Positions 1 to 9,770 of a stretch of DNA of 51,916 nucleotides are shown here, one piece after another; position 1 is the first letter of the stretch, and each line of letters starts with the position of its first letter. The stretch is from an uncultured Zetaproteobacteria bacterium. Lineage in GTDB: Bacteria > Pseudomonadota > Zetaproteobacteria > Mariprofundales > Mariprofundaceae. Below the pieces are notes generated by a model. That model saw only the letters and a list, made by a program, of their open reading frames with translations, was not told the origin of the DNA and made no database searches. The DNA is taken from assembly GCA_964490955.1 (NCBI GenBank), contig CAZBEN010000001.1, forward strand, positions 1 through 51,916, given 5' to 3'. Position numbers and translations under genes: made by a program.

Positions 1-117
1 CGGTGCATATATTCTGACAAATACTGTCGATACTTTGTGTTTTAATTGGCGTTGCCATTGGCAGGCCGTACTATGGGCATCGACTAATCATATAGACAAG
101 GGGTAGGCTCAAAAGCA

Positions 118-1914
118 ATGGTATTGAAGGAAAAATTACTGGACGGAAAGGCGAAAGCACTGGCGTGGACCCGCGATCAGGATACACTCTATATGATCGC
201 CCTGGCCGTAGTTGTCGGCGTGCTGGCCGGTTATACGGCGCTGCTTCTGCGTTACATGATTGAGTGGGTCAGTCTTTTCTGGACTGGCGAGCGTACTTGG
301 GAAACCGTCATCGAAACCTTGCCATGGTACATTTATCTGCTGGCGCCAGCTGTTACCGGGCTAATGGTTGGCTGGATTACAGTACGTTTTCTGCCTGGCG
401 GAGAATTGCGCGGTGTGGCAGGGGTGCTGGCTGATATGGTCGAGCGCAGGGGGCGCGTGAATCCACGCCAACTGGTGACAGAAACGATCGGAGGGGCACT
501 GGCTATAGGCGGCGGTGCAAGTCTGGGTCGTGAAGGGCCGACAGTTGCGCTCGGGGCACTACTGGCGTCCGAGATCGGTCAAAGATTGGGGCTGACCGAG
601 CAGCAATTACGTATCTTGATTGGCTGCGGTGTTGCTGCAGGTATTGCCGCTTCATTTAATACGCCGATTGCCGGGGTATTATTTGCGCTGGAAGTGATTC
701 TGGCCGATTATGCCATTGCCACATTCAGTCCGATTGTGATTGCGTCTGTACTGGCGACGGTGATTGCGAGGTCGGAGGTCGGTAATTATCCGGCTTTTAC
801 CGTGCCTGAGTACCATCTGATCAGTGCATGGGAAATCCCCTCCTATATTATTATCGGTGCAATTTGTGGCCTTGTTGCCACAGTATTTATCAAAGCCATG
901 GTTCCGACCAGGAATTTTCTGGCAAAAATCATGCCGAATCGTTATCTGCGGCCGGCTCTGGTTGGGCTGGTAATCGGCTTGATGGGGCTGGTTTTACCGC
1001 AGGTCATGTCCATTGGTTATGGCACCGTGGAAGATATGATGCTGGAGCGTATTCAGCCTGAATTGCTCGGGGTGCTGTTGCCGCTGGCAGGTTTTTTGGC
1101 CATTGTCCTGATCGGAAAGCTGGTGGCGACAGTGCTATGTTCCGCTGGCGGTTTTCCCGGTGGTTTGTTCGGCCCGGCCCTGTTCATGGGGGCGACAGTA
1201 GGGGCATTGTTCGGCGATATCGCACATGCCATTTCACCGGCCTATTCTGAAAGTTATGGTGCATACGCGCTGGTGGCTTGCGGTGCTTTGACAGCGGCCG
1301 CCTTGCAGGCGCCGTTGACCGTGATGCTGATTGTCTTCGAGATGACTGCTAACTATCAGATTATGCTGCCGCTGATGGCGGCATGCAGTGTGGCAACACT
1401 GGTAACACGCATCTTCGGCCGCGCCTCGGTATTTACAGAAGCACTGGAAGAACGTGGCATTGAAACTCACTGGGGGCTGGAACAGTCATGGATGCGATCG
1501 GTACCGGTTAGCCGGATTCCCTGGCGATCGATTCCATCCGTGCCTGAAAAGACTCGATTGCAGGAATTGAAACAGGTATATACGGAATCAGGCAAGGGCT
1601 GTGTACAGGTGGTGGATGATGATGGCCTGATGGTTGGTATTGTGACCTTTTCCGATTTACAGAGATGGTTGATTGATCCGGCTCTGGATCAGGTGATTGT
1701 AGCCAGTGAAGTGGTTAACCGAAATGTACTGGTGATCTCGGAAAAGGATAGCCTACTGGATGCGATTCATATTCTGGATCGTGAAGAATTCGAGCAGATG
1801 CCGGTTGTGGCATCCGAAAATCCCCGTAAAGTATTGGGGGTTTTATCTCGTAACGCCATTTTTTCCACCTATCACAAATTGATTGTTAAACATGGCGAAG
1901 GCGAACATGCCTAG
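118..1914 (+). CDS. ClC-family chloride channel/transporter with C-terminal CBS domain pair
   Basis: Many TM helices; GREGP, AGIAASFNTPIAG and GGLFGP motifs; CBS-like C-terminus (VVDDDGLMVGIVT, VLGVLSR). Confidence 0.92.
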   Translation: MVLKEKLLDGKAKALAWTRDQDTLYMIALAVVVGVLAGYTALLLRYMIEWVSLFWTGERTWETVIETLPWYIYLLAPAVTGLMVGWITVRFLPGGELRGVAGVLADMVERRGRVNPRQLVTETIGGALAIGGGASLGREGPTVALGALLASEIGQRLGLTEQQLRILIGCGVAAGIAASFNTPIAGVLFALEVILADYAIATFSPIVIASVLATVIARSEVGNYPAFTVPEYHLISAWEIPSYIIIGAICGLVATVFIKAMVPTRNFLAKIMPNRYLRPALVGLVIGLMGLVLPQVMSIGYGTVEDMMLERIQPELLGVLLPLAGFLAIVLIGKLVATVLCSAGGFPGGLFGPALFMGATVGALFGDIAHAISPAYSESYGAYALVACGALTAAALQAPLTVMLIVFEMTANYQIMLPLMAACSVATLVTRIFGRASVFTEALEERGIETHWGLEQSWMRSVPVSRIPWRSIPSVPEKTRLQELKQVYTESGKGCVQVVDDDGLMVGIVTFSDLQRWLIDPALDQVIVASEVVNRNVLVISEKDSLLDAIHILDREEFEQMPVVASENPRKVLGVLSRNAIFSTYHKLIVKHGEGEHA

Positions 1915-4051
1915 CAATAGTCTCCTGAATCAGAATCAGCAGAACTTGTCCGGATTGAATGCTGAACAACAACAGGCGGCCCATGCAGGCGACGGCCCGC
2001 AGTTGATTCTGGCTGGAGCCGGTTCGGGTAAAACACGAACGATTGTCCATCGCATCGGCTATCTGATTGCTGAGGCCGGTATTGCACCTCACCGGATTCT
2101 GGCCGTGACCTTTACCAACAAAGCAGCGGCTGAACTGAAATCCAGACTGGGTGATTTGATCGGTGATGATGGTGGCGGTGTTGTTTCCGGCACCTTTCAT
2201 GCTATTTCACTGCGTTTTCTGCGCCGTTACGCCGATGCGTTGGGTTTTTCCCGTTCCTTTCAGGTGATTGATGCGGATGACCAGAAGGCACTGATCAAAC
2301 GTATCCTGAAATCACGTAATATTGCCACGGATCGACTCCACCCTTCCTATTTACTGAACTGGATTGAGCATTGCAAACATGCTGGTCTCAAGCCCGGTCA
2401 AACACCTGAATATGAATGGAACGGTATTAACATGGTAGAACTATATGCCGTTTATCAGCAAGAATTAAAGCAGCATGAGCGCATGGATTTTTCCGATTTG
2501 ATTCTCAATGTAGTGGTGTTGCTGCGTGAGAATGCCGATATTGCGGTAGCGCTGAGAACCCGCTTTGACCATGTACTGGTGGACGAGTATCAGGATACCA
2601 ATCCAGCTCAACATGAGTGGTTGTTGTACTTGTGCAATGAACATAAAAACTTGACTGTGGTTGGTGATGATGATCAAAGTATTTATGGCTGGCGCGGTGC
2701 GGATGTATCTCATATTCTGGCTTTTGAGCGTATCTGGCAGGGTGCAATCTTGCATCGGTTGCAACAAAATTATCGTTCCACTGCCGCAATTCTAAATCTG
2801 GCCAATGCGGTGATTCGTGAAAACACCGATCGCCATGAAAAAATACTTGAAGCCACCATTGAGGGGGGAGAAAAACCCTGCTGGAAGGTGTGTAACGACG
2901 AATATGATGAGGCTCGGCAGATCATGCACCATGTCGAACGCTGGCGTTTGAACGGGTATGCCAATGCACAGATTGCCGTGCTGTATCGTTCGAATCGTCA
3001 GTCATTGGCACTGGAGCAGGTATTCCGCGAATCGAATATTCCGTATCGAATTGTTGGCGGGGTAGGCTTTTTTGAACGTATGGAGATCAAGGATGCGTTG
3101 GCGTACTGGGCGCTGCTCAATCGTTGTGGTGATAGCTTGCATCTGATACGTATCTGCAACAAACCCAAACGGGGCCTGGGTGCAAAAGGGCAGGAACAGA
3201 TGGCAGCCTTTCTGGCATCTTCCGGGCTGCGTGCTTATGAGTGGCTTGATCTGTTGGCTTCCGGTCAGGCTGAAGGCGCTGCTCGCAAGCTGATAGGGTT
3301 GGCTACTATGATAGCTGAATTACGCGCCGCTGCCGTTGAAGATAATGATCGGGGGTTGATGCGGATATTGGATATGGCCGGCTATCTGGACAGCCTGAAA
3401 GCCATGGGTGAGATCGAAGCATCTGCCAGACTGGAGAACATTCGCAGCTTGCAGGATTATATTGAAATATTGTTGGGGCAGGGACTCACACCGGTAGATT
3501 TTATGGATCGGGCGGCGCTTTTACAAAGCAGCGAAGAGATGCAAGCTGATGACAGGGATAATCTGGATGATGCTATTAGTATGATGAGTTTGCATCGCGC
3601 AAAAGGACTGGAGTTTGATTGCGTGGTATTGCCCGGTGTGGAGGAGGGCTTGCTGCCGCATCAGCGTTCACTCGACGAGGGAGAGGCTGGCATTGCCGAG
3701 GAACGGCGTTTGCTCTATGTCGGCATTACGCGTGCTCGTGAGCATGTGTTGATGACATCGGTTCGGCTACGCCGTTTTTATGGCGAGACGCACTATCCCC
3801 AGCCCAGCCGTTTCATTAAAAACCTGGCAAGCGATACCCTGCATCGTGATAGGCTGGCATCCATGCCCGGTGCAGCTACAGAAGCGTATATCGGTGTAGC
3901 AATCGGTGGCAATGTGAGGCACCCGAGTTTTGGAGAGGGTGTGGTGTTGGCTCTGGAAGGTGCCGGTGATGCAGCACGTGTTACCGTGCAGTTCAGGCAA
4001 GCCGGAACCAAGCGGCTGATGTTGAAATATGCCGCGTTACAATTAGTGTGA
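1907..4051 (+). CDS. uvrD: UvrD/PcrA family ATP-dependent DNA helicase
   Basis: AGAGSGKT, VTFTNKAA, VDEYQDTN, QNYRST, HRAKGLEF, EERRLLYVGITRA and C-terminal Tudor-like HPSFGEG; ATG at 1907 chosen (ORF open from 1883). Confidence 0.93.
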   Translation: MPSNSLLNQNQQNLSGLNAEQQQAAHAGDGPQLILAGAGSGKTRTIVHRIGYLIAEAGIAPHRILAVTFTNKAAAELKSRLGDLIGDDGGGVVSGTFHAISLRFLRRYADALGFSRSFQVIDADDQKALIKRILKSRNIATDRLHPSYLLNWIEHCKHAGLKPGQTPEYEWNGINMVELYAVYQQELKQHERMDFSDLILNVVVLLRENADIAVALRTRFDHVLVDEYQDTNPAQHEWLLYLCNEHKNLTVVGDDDQSIYGWRGADVSHILAFERIWQGAILHRLQQNYRSTAAILNLANAVIRENTDRHEKILEATIEGGEKPCWKVCNDEYDEARQIMHHVERWRLNGYANAQIAVLYRSNRQSLALEQVFRESNIPYRIVGGVGFFERMEIKDALAYWALLNRCGDSLHLIRICNKPKRGLGAKGQEQMAAFLASSGLRAYEWLDLLASGQAEGAARKLIGLATMIAELRAAAVEDNDRGLMRILDMAGYLDSLKAMGEIEASARLENIRSLQDYIEILLGQGLTPVDFMDRAALLQSSEEMQADDRDNLDDAISMMSLHRAKGLEFDCVVLPGVEEGLLPHQRSLDEGEAGIAEERRLLYVGITRAREHVLMTSVRLRRFYGETHYPQPSRFIKNLASDTLHRDRLASMPGAATEAYIGVAIGGNVRHPSFGEGVVLALEGAGDAARVTVQFRQAGTKRLMLKYAALQLV

Positions 4052-4101
4052 ACAGACTCGGATATAAAGATCGGAGTTGAAGCCTGTCACAAGGAGAATC
4101 C

Positions 4102-4446
4102 ATGACTGTTACCATATATCATAATCCGCGCTGTTCCAAATCAAGAGCAACACTGGCTCTGTTGCAGGAACAGAACATAGAGTTTGAAATTATCGAATAT
4201 CTGAAAACGCCACCTAGCGAAGCTGATCTGGATCGTGTCCTGACCATGCTTGGCAAGGAACCCCTTGAGTTGATGCGCAAGGGTGAAATTGAATTCAAAG
4301 AATATATTCAGGGCAAAACGCTGTCGCGTGCCGAAGCAATTGCCCTGATGGTAACTTATCCTAAATTGATCGAACGCCCCGTTGTGGTTAACGGTGAGCG
4401 GGCCGCTGTTGGCCGTCCTCCGGAAAGCGTGCTGGAAATAGTCTAA
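4102..4446 (+). CDS. arsC: ArsC family arsenate reductase (glutaredoxin type)
   Basis: YHNPRCSKSR, LIERP and GRPPE motifs; AAGGAG RBS. Confidence 0.88.
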   Translation: MTVTIYHNPRCSKSRATLALLQEQNIEFEIIEYLKTPPSEADLDRVLTMLGKEPLELMRKGEIEFKEYIQGKTLSRAEAIALMVTYPKLIERPVVVNGERAAVGRPPESVLEIV

Positions 4447-4470
4447 CCCGGCATTTCGTCAAAAGTATTG

Positions 4471-4608
4471 CATTGCAGGGGACACAGAGTAACAACGGTA
4501 TTCCACAGGTTGAATGGATCAAGATATAAAACAGACTACAGTAGTAAGGAGTATTGGTCTGTTTCTATCCTTTTTACGTGTCTTTATTTTCCTCTGCATT
4601 CCCTGTGG
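4471..4608. repeat. Degenerate inverted-repeat element related to 13545-13677
   Basis: Left arm cattgcaggggacacagag (16/19 match to caccgcagaggacacagag); right arm ctctgcattccctgtgg (14/17 match to ctctgcgtcctctgtgg); inner stem aaacagac/gtctgttt. Confidence 0.6.
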
Positions 4609-4620
4609 CGGACCGTTTTC

Positions 4621-6786
4621 TTATGCTACGCCGATAGCTTCGCGCCAGGCCAGAATCAACCGAAACTCATCATTGCTCAGGTCAGCCGACAGATCCCGTT
4701 TGATTTCGGACAGTGATGCATAGGGATCTGCATCATCCAGTTCTGCCATCAATGTATCAAAATCATCACCGATAAAAGCAGGTACATCAATAAACTGACC
4801 GGCCCGGATGATGGCGACATAATGTTTCAGCACGGTAGCTTCACTAACACCTTGCTGGGCGGCGATATCCTTCAGGCTAAGCCCCTTACGGTAGAGCGAC
4901 AGAATATAGGTTTGTGTTTCATTCACCCCGGGTCCTTTGGCAATCAGCATGGGGATATCCTTGCCTCCGCTCTTGGCGCTTTTCCCGTCTTCGCTATCGA
5001 CATGTTTCTGAATGAGGGCAATAAAAACCTCACCATATTCTTCCAGTTTATGCACGCCGACACCGCTGATTCTGCGCATGGCATCTTCAGATACAGGTTT
5101 GTGCTGGCTCATTTCAGTTAGCGTTACGTCGCTAAATACCACATGAGTCGGTACATCTTCCTTGTCAGCAAGTTCTTCTCTTAATTTTACCAGTTTTTTG
5201 AACAGGGCTTCATCGCGTGGTGTACCCAGACGTTTGAAATGTCGCCGGATTCCAGGTTGGTATTTAGCCAGCATAATCGGTTCACCAAAGCCGATGAAAT
5301 CAGCTTTTTTGGTTGCTAGCATGGCTGCACGTTTGGAAACATCCTGAATAAAATAGCCGTGATGCACCAACTGGCGCAGAATGGACGTCCACTCATCAGC
5401 ATTGATATCGGCACCTGCGCCATGGGTTTTTAATTGATCATGTTTGTGTTCCAGGATACGCGCATTTTTAGAACCACGCAGTACATCGACAATGTAACCC
5501 ATGCCGAAATGACCATTGAGTTCGCGTACGCATTGCAAAGCTACCTTGGCAAGTTCAGTGGCATCGTATTTTTCAGGCGGATCAAGGCAGATATCGCAGT
5601 TGCCGCACGGCTCATCCAGAGGTTCGCCAAAATAACCGAGCAATACACGGCGCCTGCAGGTTAGTGCTTCGGAGAATGCAACCATGCTGTTAAGTTTATG
5701 GACTTCAACCCGGCGCTGATCAATATTTTCGACGTTTTCTATCAGGCGGCGCACCAGATTTACATCGCCCGAGCCATAAAGCATTAGCGCTTCAGACTCT
5801 AAACCATCACGACCTGCTCGCCCTGTTTCCTGATAATAGGACTCGATGCTTTTAGGTAAGTCGTGGTGAATCACGAAACGCACATTCGGTTTGTCTACGC
5901 CCATGCCGAAGGCAATGGTGGCGACAATCACTTTCACCCGATCCCGCAAAAAGTCATCCTGCACTTTTTCGCGAGATCGACCGGGAATACCGGCATGATA
6001 AGCTGCAGCCCGGATACCATGGCGTTGCAGGTTTACAGCCAGATCTTCCACCCGCTTTCTCGACAGACAGTAAATGACCCCCGAGTTGTTTGGCCAGCCT
6101 TCCAGAAACTGCAAAATCTGGGTAAGCGGCTGGCGTTTTTCGGCTACCAGATAACGGATATTCGGGCGATCAAAACTGGCCACAAATCGTTTTGCTTTGG
6201 CCAGTTTAAGGCGGTCGCTAATATCTTCACGGGTGTGTTCGTCGGCTGTAGCAGTCAGGGCCAGCATAGGTACATTGGGGAATATTTCTCGCAACTCGCC
6301 CAAACGCACATATTCCGGCCGGAAATCATGACCCCATTGTGAAACGCAGTGAGCTTCATCAATGGCGAACATGGCTAGTGGCACATGTTCCAGCTTGGCC
6401 AAAAACCCTTTTGAAAGCAGGCGCTCGGGCGCCACATAAAGCAGATCAAGGTCACCGGACTCAAACCTGTCCAGCACGTCTTTAGCCTCGGCTGCTTTCA
6501 GTGACGAATTGTAGTATGCGGCCTTGACGCCGCATGCTGTCAAGGCATCAACCTGATCTTTCATCAGTGAAATCAATGGCGATACAACAATGCCGGTACC
6601 TTCCCGCATAATCGCCGGTATCTGGTAGCAGATTGATTTACCGCCACCGGTTGGCATCAATACAAAGGCATCCTTGCCGTCGAGCAGTGTACAGATAATC
6701 TCTTCCTGCATAGGCCGGAAGGAGTCATAACCAAAGACTTCTTTCAGTGTGTTTTGTGTCTGTTCTTTTACTTTTTTCGTTGCCAT
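4621..6786 (-). CDS. recQ: ATP-dependent DNA helicase RecQ
   Basis: MPTGGGKS, DEAHCVSQWGHDFRP, YYQETGRAGRDG, Zn-binding CRR...CGNCDIC and HRDC; start MATKK at 6786 after GAGAGGA RBS. Confidence 0.96.
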   Translation of the reverse strand: MATKKVKEQTQNTLKEVFGYDSFRPMQEEIICTLLDGKDAFVLMPTGGGKSICYQIPAIMREGTGIVVSPLISLMKDQVDALTACGVKAAYYNSSLKAAEAKDVLDRFESGDLDLLYVAPERLLSKGFLAKLEHVPLAMFAIDEAHCVSQWGHDFRPEYVRLGELREIFPNVPMLALTATADEHTREDISDRLKLAKAKRFVASFDRPNIRYLVAEKRQPLTQILQFLEGWPNNSGVIYCLSRKRVEDLAVNLQRHGIRAAAYHAGIPGRSREKVQDDFLRDRVKVIVATIAFGMGVDKPNVRFVIHHDLPKSIESYYQETGRAGRDGLESEALMLYGSGDVNLVRRLIENVENIDQRRVEVHKLNSMVAFSEALTCRRRVLLGYFGEPLDEPCGNCDICLDPPEKYDATELAKVALQCVRELNGHFGMGYIVDVLRGSKNARILEHKHDQLKTHGAGADINADEWTSILRQLVHHGYFIQDVSKRAAMLATKKADFIGFGEPIMLAKYQPGIRRHFKRLGTPRDEALFKKLVKLREELADKEDVPTHVVFSDVTLTEMSQHKPVSEDAMRRISGVGVHKLEEYGEVFIALIQKHVDSEDGKSAKSGGKDIPMLIAKGPGVNETQTYILSLYRKGLSLKDIAAQQGVSEATVLKHYVAIIRAGQFIDVPAFIGDDFDTLMAELDDADPYASLSEIKRDLSADLSNDEFRLILAWREAIGVA

Positions 6787-7106
6787 TCGTGTCCTCTCGC
6801 ATGGGCTTATTCCCTGCGGTTTTTGGCCGGAAACCCTGTGGTTGCCGGACCATACGCATCGGTATTTTGCATGTTGGTTTGTAACTTCTGCATGGGTGTA
6901 ACAGTGACTTTGCTGAGTCAGCAAAGTTATTTCATCATAAGTGAATGGCATCCGCAAGCTTTTTCGTGCTTTTCCATGATTTTAGCAGCTATGGTTTGAG
7001 GAAAATGCTGATATATTGAGTGTTGTAGAAATCAGGGCGTGTATCATATATTGCGATTCAGAGGCTTGGCGGTATCTTTCCTATACTTTTTTCCATGGAG
7101 ACACAT

Positions 7107-8042
7107 ATGCCAGAAGCTGCTCACCATCATTTGATCATTCTTGGCTCCGGTCCTGCCGGTTATACTGCTGCGATTTATGCTGCCCGAGCTAATCTGGCCC
7201 CGGTTGTAATTCAGGGCCAGCAGGCCGGTGGTCAGCTGACCACGACGACTGACGTGGATAATTATCCCGGTTACAAGGATGGTGTTCAGGGTCCGGAAAT
7301 GATGGAGGACTTCAAAGCACAGGCAGAGCGCTTCGGCACTGAAATGATCTGGGATCATATCAACGAGGCCGATCTGTCCAAACGGCCGTTTTGGCTCAAG
7401 GGCGATGATGGCACCTATACCTGCGATGCGCTGATTATTGCTACCGGTGCTTCAGCCAAATATCTCGGTCTGCCGAGCGAGGATGAATTCGCCGGTCGTG
7501 GTGTATCGGCCTGTGCAACTTGCGACGGATTTTTTTATCGCGGCAAGGATGTGGCTGTAGTGGGGGGTGGCGATACCGCTGTAGAGGAGGCCATTTATCT
7601 GGCCAATCTGTGTAACAAGGTGACGCTGGTACATCGTCGAGATGCATTGCGTGCAGAACCGATTATGCAGGATAAATTGCTGGCGACTGAAAATATAGAA
7701 GTGGCCTGGAACAGTACTACCGAAGAGATTCTCGGTGATGAAACAGGTGTAACCGGCATTCGCCTTAAATCGACACTGGATGGGTCGATCCGCGATGTGG
7801 ACGTGCATGGTGCGTTTATTGCTATCGGGCACAAACCAAACACCAATTTTCTCAAGGGCCAGCTGGATATGGATGAGACCGGTTATCTGATTACTACAGG
7901 TAAGAGTACAGCTACTTCGGTAGAGGGCGTCTTTGCCGCAGGTGATGTGGCTGACCCGGTTTATCGTCAGGCCGTCACATCGGCCGGTGATGGCTGTAAG
8001 GCTGCACTCGATGCTGAGCGCTGGCTGACTGCACAGGCATAG
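7107..8042 (+). CDS. trxB: Thioredoxin-disulfide reductase
   Basis: [24 protein letters not shown] and VFAAGDV; GGAG precedes ATG 7107. Confidence 0.97.
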   Translation: MPEAAHHHLIILGSGPAGYTAAIYAARANLAPVVIQGQQAGGQLTTTTDVDNYPGYKDGVQGPEMMEDFKAQAERFGTEMIWDHINEADLSKRPFWLKGDDGTYTCDALIIATGASAKYLGLPSEDEFAGRGVSACATCDGFFYRGKDVAVVGGGDTAVEEAIYLANLCNKVTLVHRRDALRAEPIMQDKLLATENIEVAWNSTTEEILGDETGVTGIRLKSTLDGSIRDVDVHGAFIAIGHKPNTNFLKGQLDMDETGYLITTGKSTATSVEGVFAAGDVADPVYRQAVTSAGDGCKAALDAERWLTAQA

Positions 8043-8045
8043 AAT

Positions 8046-8618
8046 ATGAGTACCCGTCAGCTATTGGCTGTTCTGCTGGATCGCGACGGAGTTATTAATT
8101 TCGATTCACCGGATTATATTCTCAACCCTGACCAGTGGCATCCCATTCCAGGTTCACTGGAAGCTATTGCCCGGCTGACAAGGGCGGGGCTGACAATAGC
8201 CATTATCAGTAATCAATCGGCGCTGGCACGTAAAATGGTGAGTCAGGAAACATTCAACACTATACATGCCAAAATGATGCTGGCCATTGAGCAGGCTGGG
8301 GGTTTTATTTCTCATGTCGCTTATTGCCCGCATGGTCCGGATGATCATTGTTTTTGTCGCAAGCCTAAACCGGGCATGGTGCTTGAAACATTACAGGCGC
8401 TGGACATAGAGAATCAGCCGGAAGCAGCGCTGTTTGTGGGGGATTCGATACGTGATGTGCAGGCAGCGCATGGTGCAGGCGTACCGGCAATGCTGGTGCA
8501 GAGTGGTTATGGTGATGCTGATGTTATTCTGGATAAATCGCGCCACCTGCAGCCGGATATTCGAGTCTATGCAGACCTTTCCGAAGCTGTAGACATGATT
8601 CTTCAGGGGGAGGGTTGA
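8046..8618 (+). CDS. gmhB: D-glycero-beta-D-manno-heptose 1,7-bisphosphate phosphatase (HAD IIIA)
   Basis: LDRDGVIN, SNQS, CPH...CFCRKPKPGM and VGDS. Confidence 0.9.
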   Translation: MSTRQLLAVLLDRDGVINFDSPDYILNPDQWHPIPGSLEAIARLTRAGLTIAIISNQSALARKMVSQETFNTIHAKMMLAIEQAGGFISHVAYCPHGPDDHCFCRKPKPGMVLETLQALDIENQPEAALFVGDSIRDVQAAHGAGVPAMLVQSGYGDADVILDKSRHLQPDIRVYADLSEAVDMILQGEG

Positions 8619-9334
8619 TGCTGGTTATTCGTTCGGCGCTGTTTAATATCTGCTTTATGTTGCTGACGCCGTTGTTTTCACTGTTGATCATTTTGTGTCG
8701 GCCGTTCGGATTTTCCGTTTCATGGGTATGGGCGAAGGTTTGGTCAAAGGCCACGTTTTTTCTTCTCAGAGCTCTGTGCGGTATTCGCATTGTCATTGAG
8801 GGTAAGGATCATATGCCTGATCATGCCTGTGTGGTGGTGGCCAAGCACCAGTCTGCGGCTGAAACGGTAGCCATGCCAATTCTTGTACCGCCTTACACAT
8901 GGATACTCAAACGCGAATTGTTCTATATTCCTTTTTTCGGCTGGGCTCTGGCACTGATGGGTACGATAGGCATTCGCCGCGGTTCTCCCCGTGAAGCTAT
9001 CAAACAAGTAATCAAGGGTGGTGCGGACATGCTGGGCAAAAATCGTTGGGTTGTGATTTTTCCGGAAGGAACACGCGCAGCAGTTGGTACAACAGGAAAC
9101 TATCAACCTGGCGGAGTGATTCTGGCCCAGAAAGCCGGGGCAGGCATCCTGCCAATGGCGCATAATGCCGGCACCTTGTGGCCAAAGCGCGGCTTTATCA
9201 AAAAACCGGGTACAATCACATTCCGCTTTTTACCCTATATTCCAGCTGAAGAAGCATCATCGACCAAACGTATTGAACTGATGACTCGGCTGGAAAAAGA
9301 TATTGAGGCGGCTACCCGAGAACTGGGCGGCTAA
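8618..9334 (+). CDS. plsC: 1-acyl-sn-glycerol-3-phosphate acyltransferase
   Basis: KHQSAAET (HxxxxD/E), IFPEGTR; TGATG coupling to gmhB. Confidence 0.9.
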   Translation: MLVIRSALFNICFMLLTPLFSLLIILCRPFGFSVSWVWAKVWSKATFFLLRALCGIRIVIEGKDHMPDHACVVVAKHQSAAETVAMPILVPPYTWILKRELFYIPFFGWALALMGTIGIRRGSPREAIKQVIKGGADMLGKNRWVVIFPEGTRAAVGTTGNYQPGGVILAQKAGAGILPMAHNAGTLWPKRGFIKKPGTITFRFLPYIPAEEASSTKRIELMTRLEKDIEAATRELGG

Positions 9335-9759
9335 GGTTCATTCCGGGCACCCAGTTTTTCATCCGCTTCGATGCCCGATTCTGAAGCAGCATCGACACTA
9401 TCTTCGAGTTCCGTCTTTTCGTTTTTGTTTTTTTCAACAGATGATAGATCAATATCAGTTTCCTGTTCATCTGTGATCAATGCCGTATCGCCTGGCCAGT
9501 CGGAGAACGGGAAGGGGCGGCATTCAGTATTAAAGGTCAAATAACGATAGATCTGGTATACAAAAGTAGACAGCTGATTGCCAAAGCTGAGCAGAGGCCG
9601 GTTTTTATCGGCGGTGAACAGCACCCACATAAATTGTAATATTACGACGGCGATAAGTACGATCCGGGTAACGGCATAAATTACACCGAACAGCAGCATG
9701 AACAATAACCGCATCCATACATTCATATCAGTGATATGTGTTTTCAAATCATCACTCAT
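9331..9759 (-). CDS. DUF4389-like membrane protein with acidic C-terminal tail
   Basis: WMRLLFMLLF...QF...N..L..FG..LS......RYLTFNTE.RPFPFSDWP pattern; GAGGAG RBS. Confidence 0.8.
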   Translation of the reverse strand: MSDDLKTHITDMNVWMRLLFMLLFGVIYAVTRIVLIAVVILQFMWVLFTADKNRPLLSFGNQLSTFVYQIYRYLTFNTECRPFPFSDWPGDTALITDEQETDIDLSSVEKNKNEKTELEDSVDAASESGIEADEKLGARNEP

Positions 9760-9770
9760 TTTTTAACTCC

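Noticed and set aside
4102-4446. Arsenic resistance operon
   Set aside because: arsC is alone; no arsR, arsB or acr3 in the window.
6787-6957. N-terminal extensions from the ORF track (recQ; also ispE, ribF, rplM, maf, pilQ)
   Set aside because: Downstream starts fit RBS positions or family N-termini better; the extensions look non-coding.
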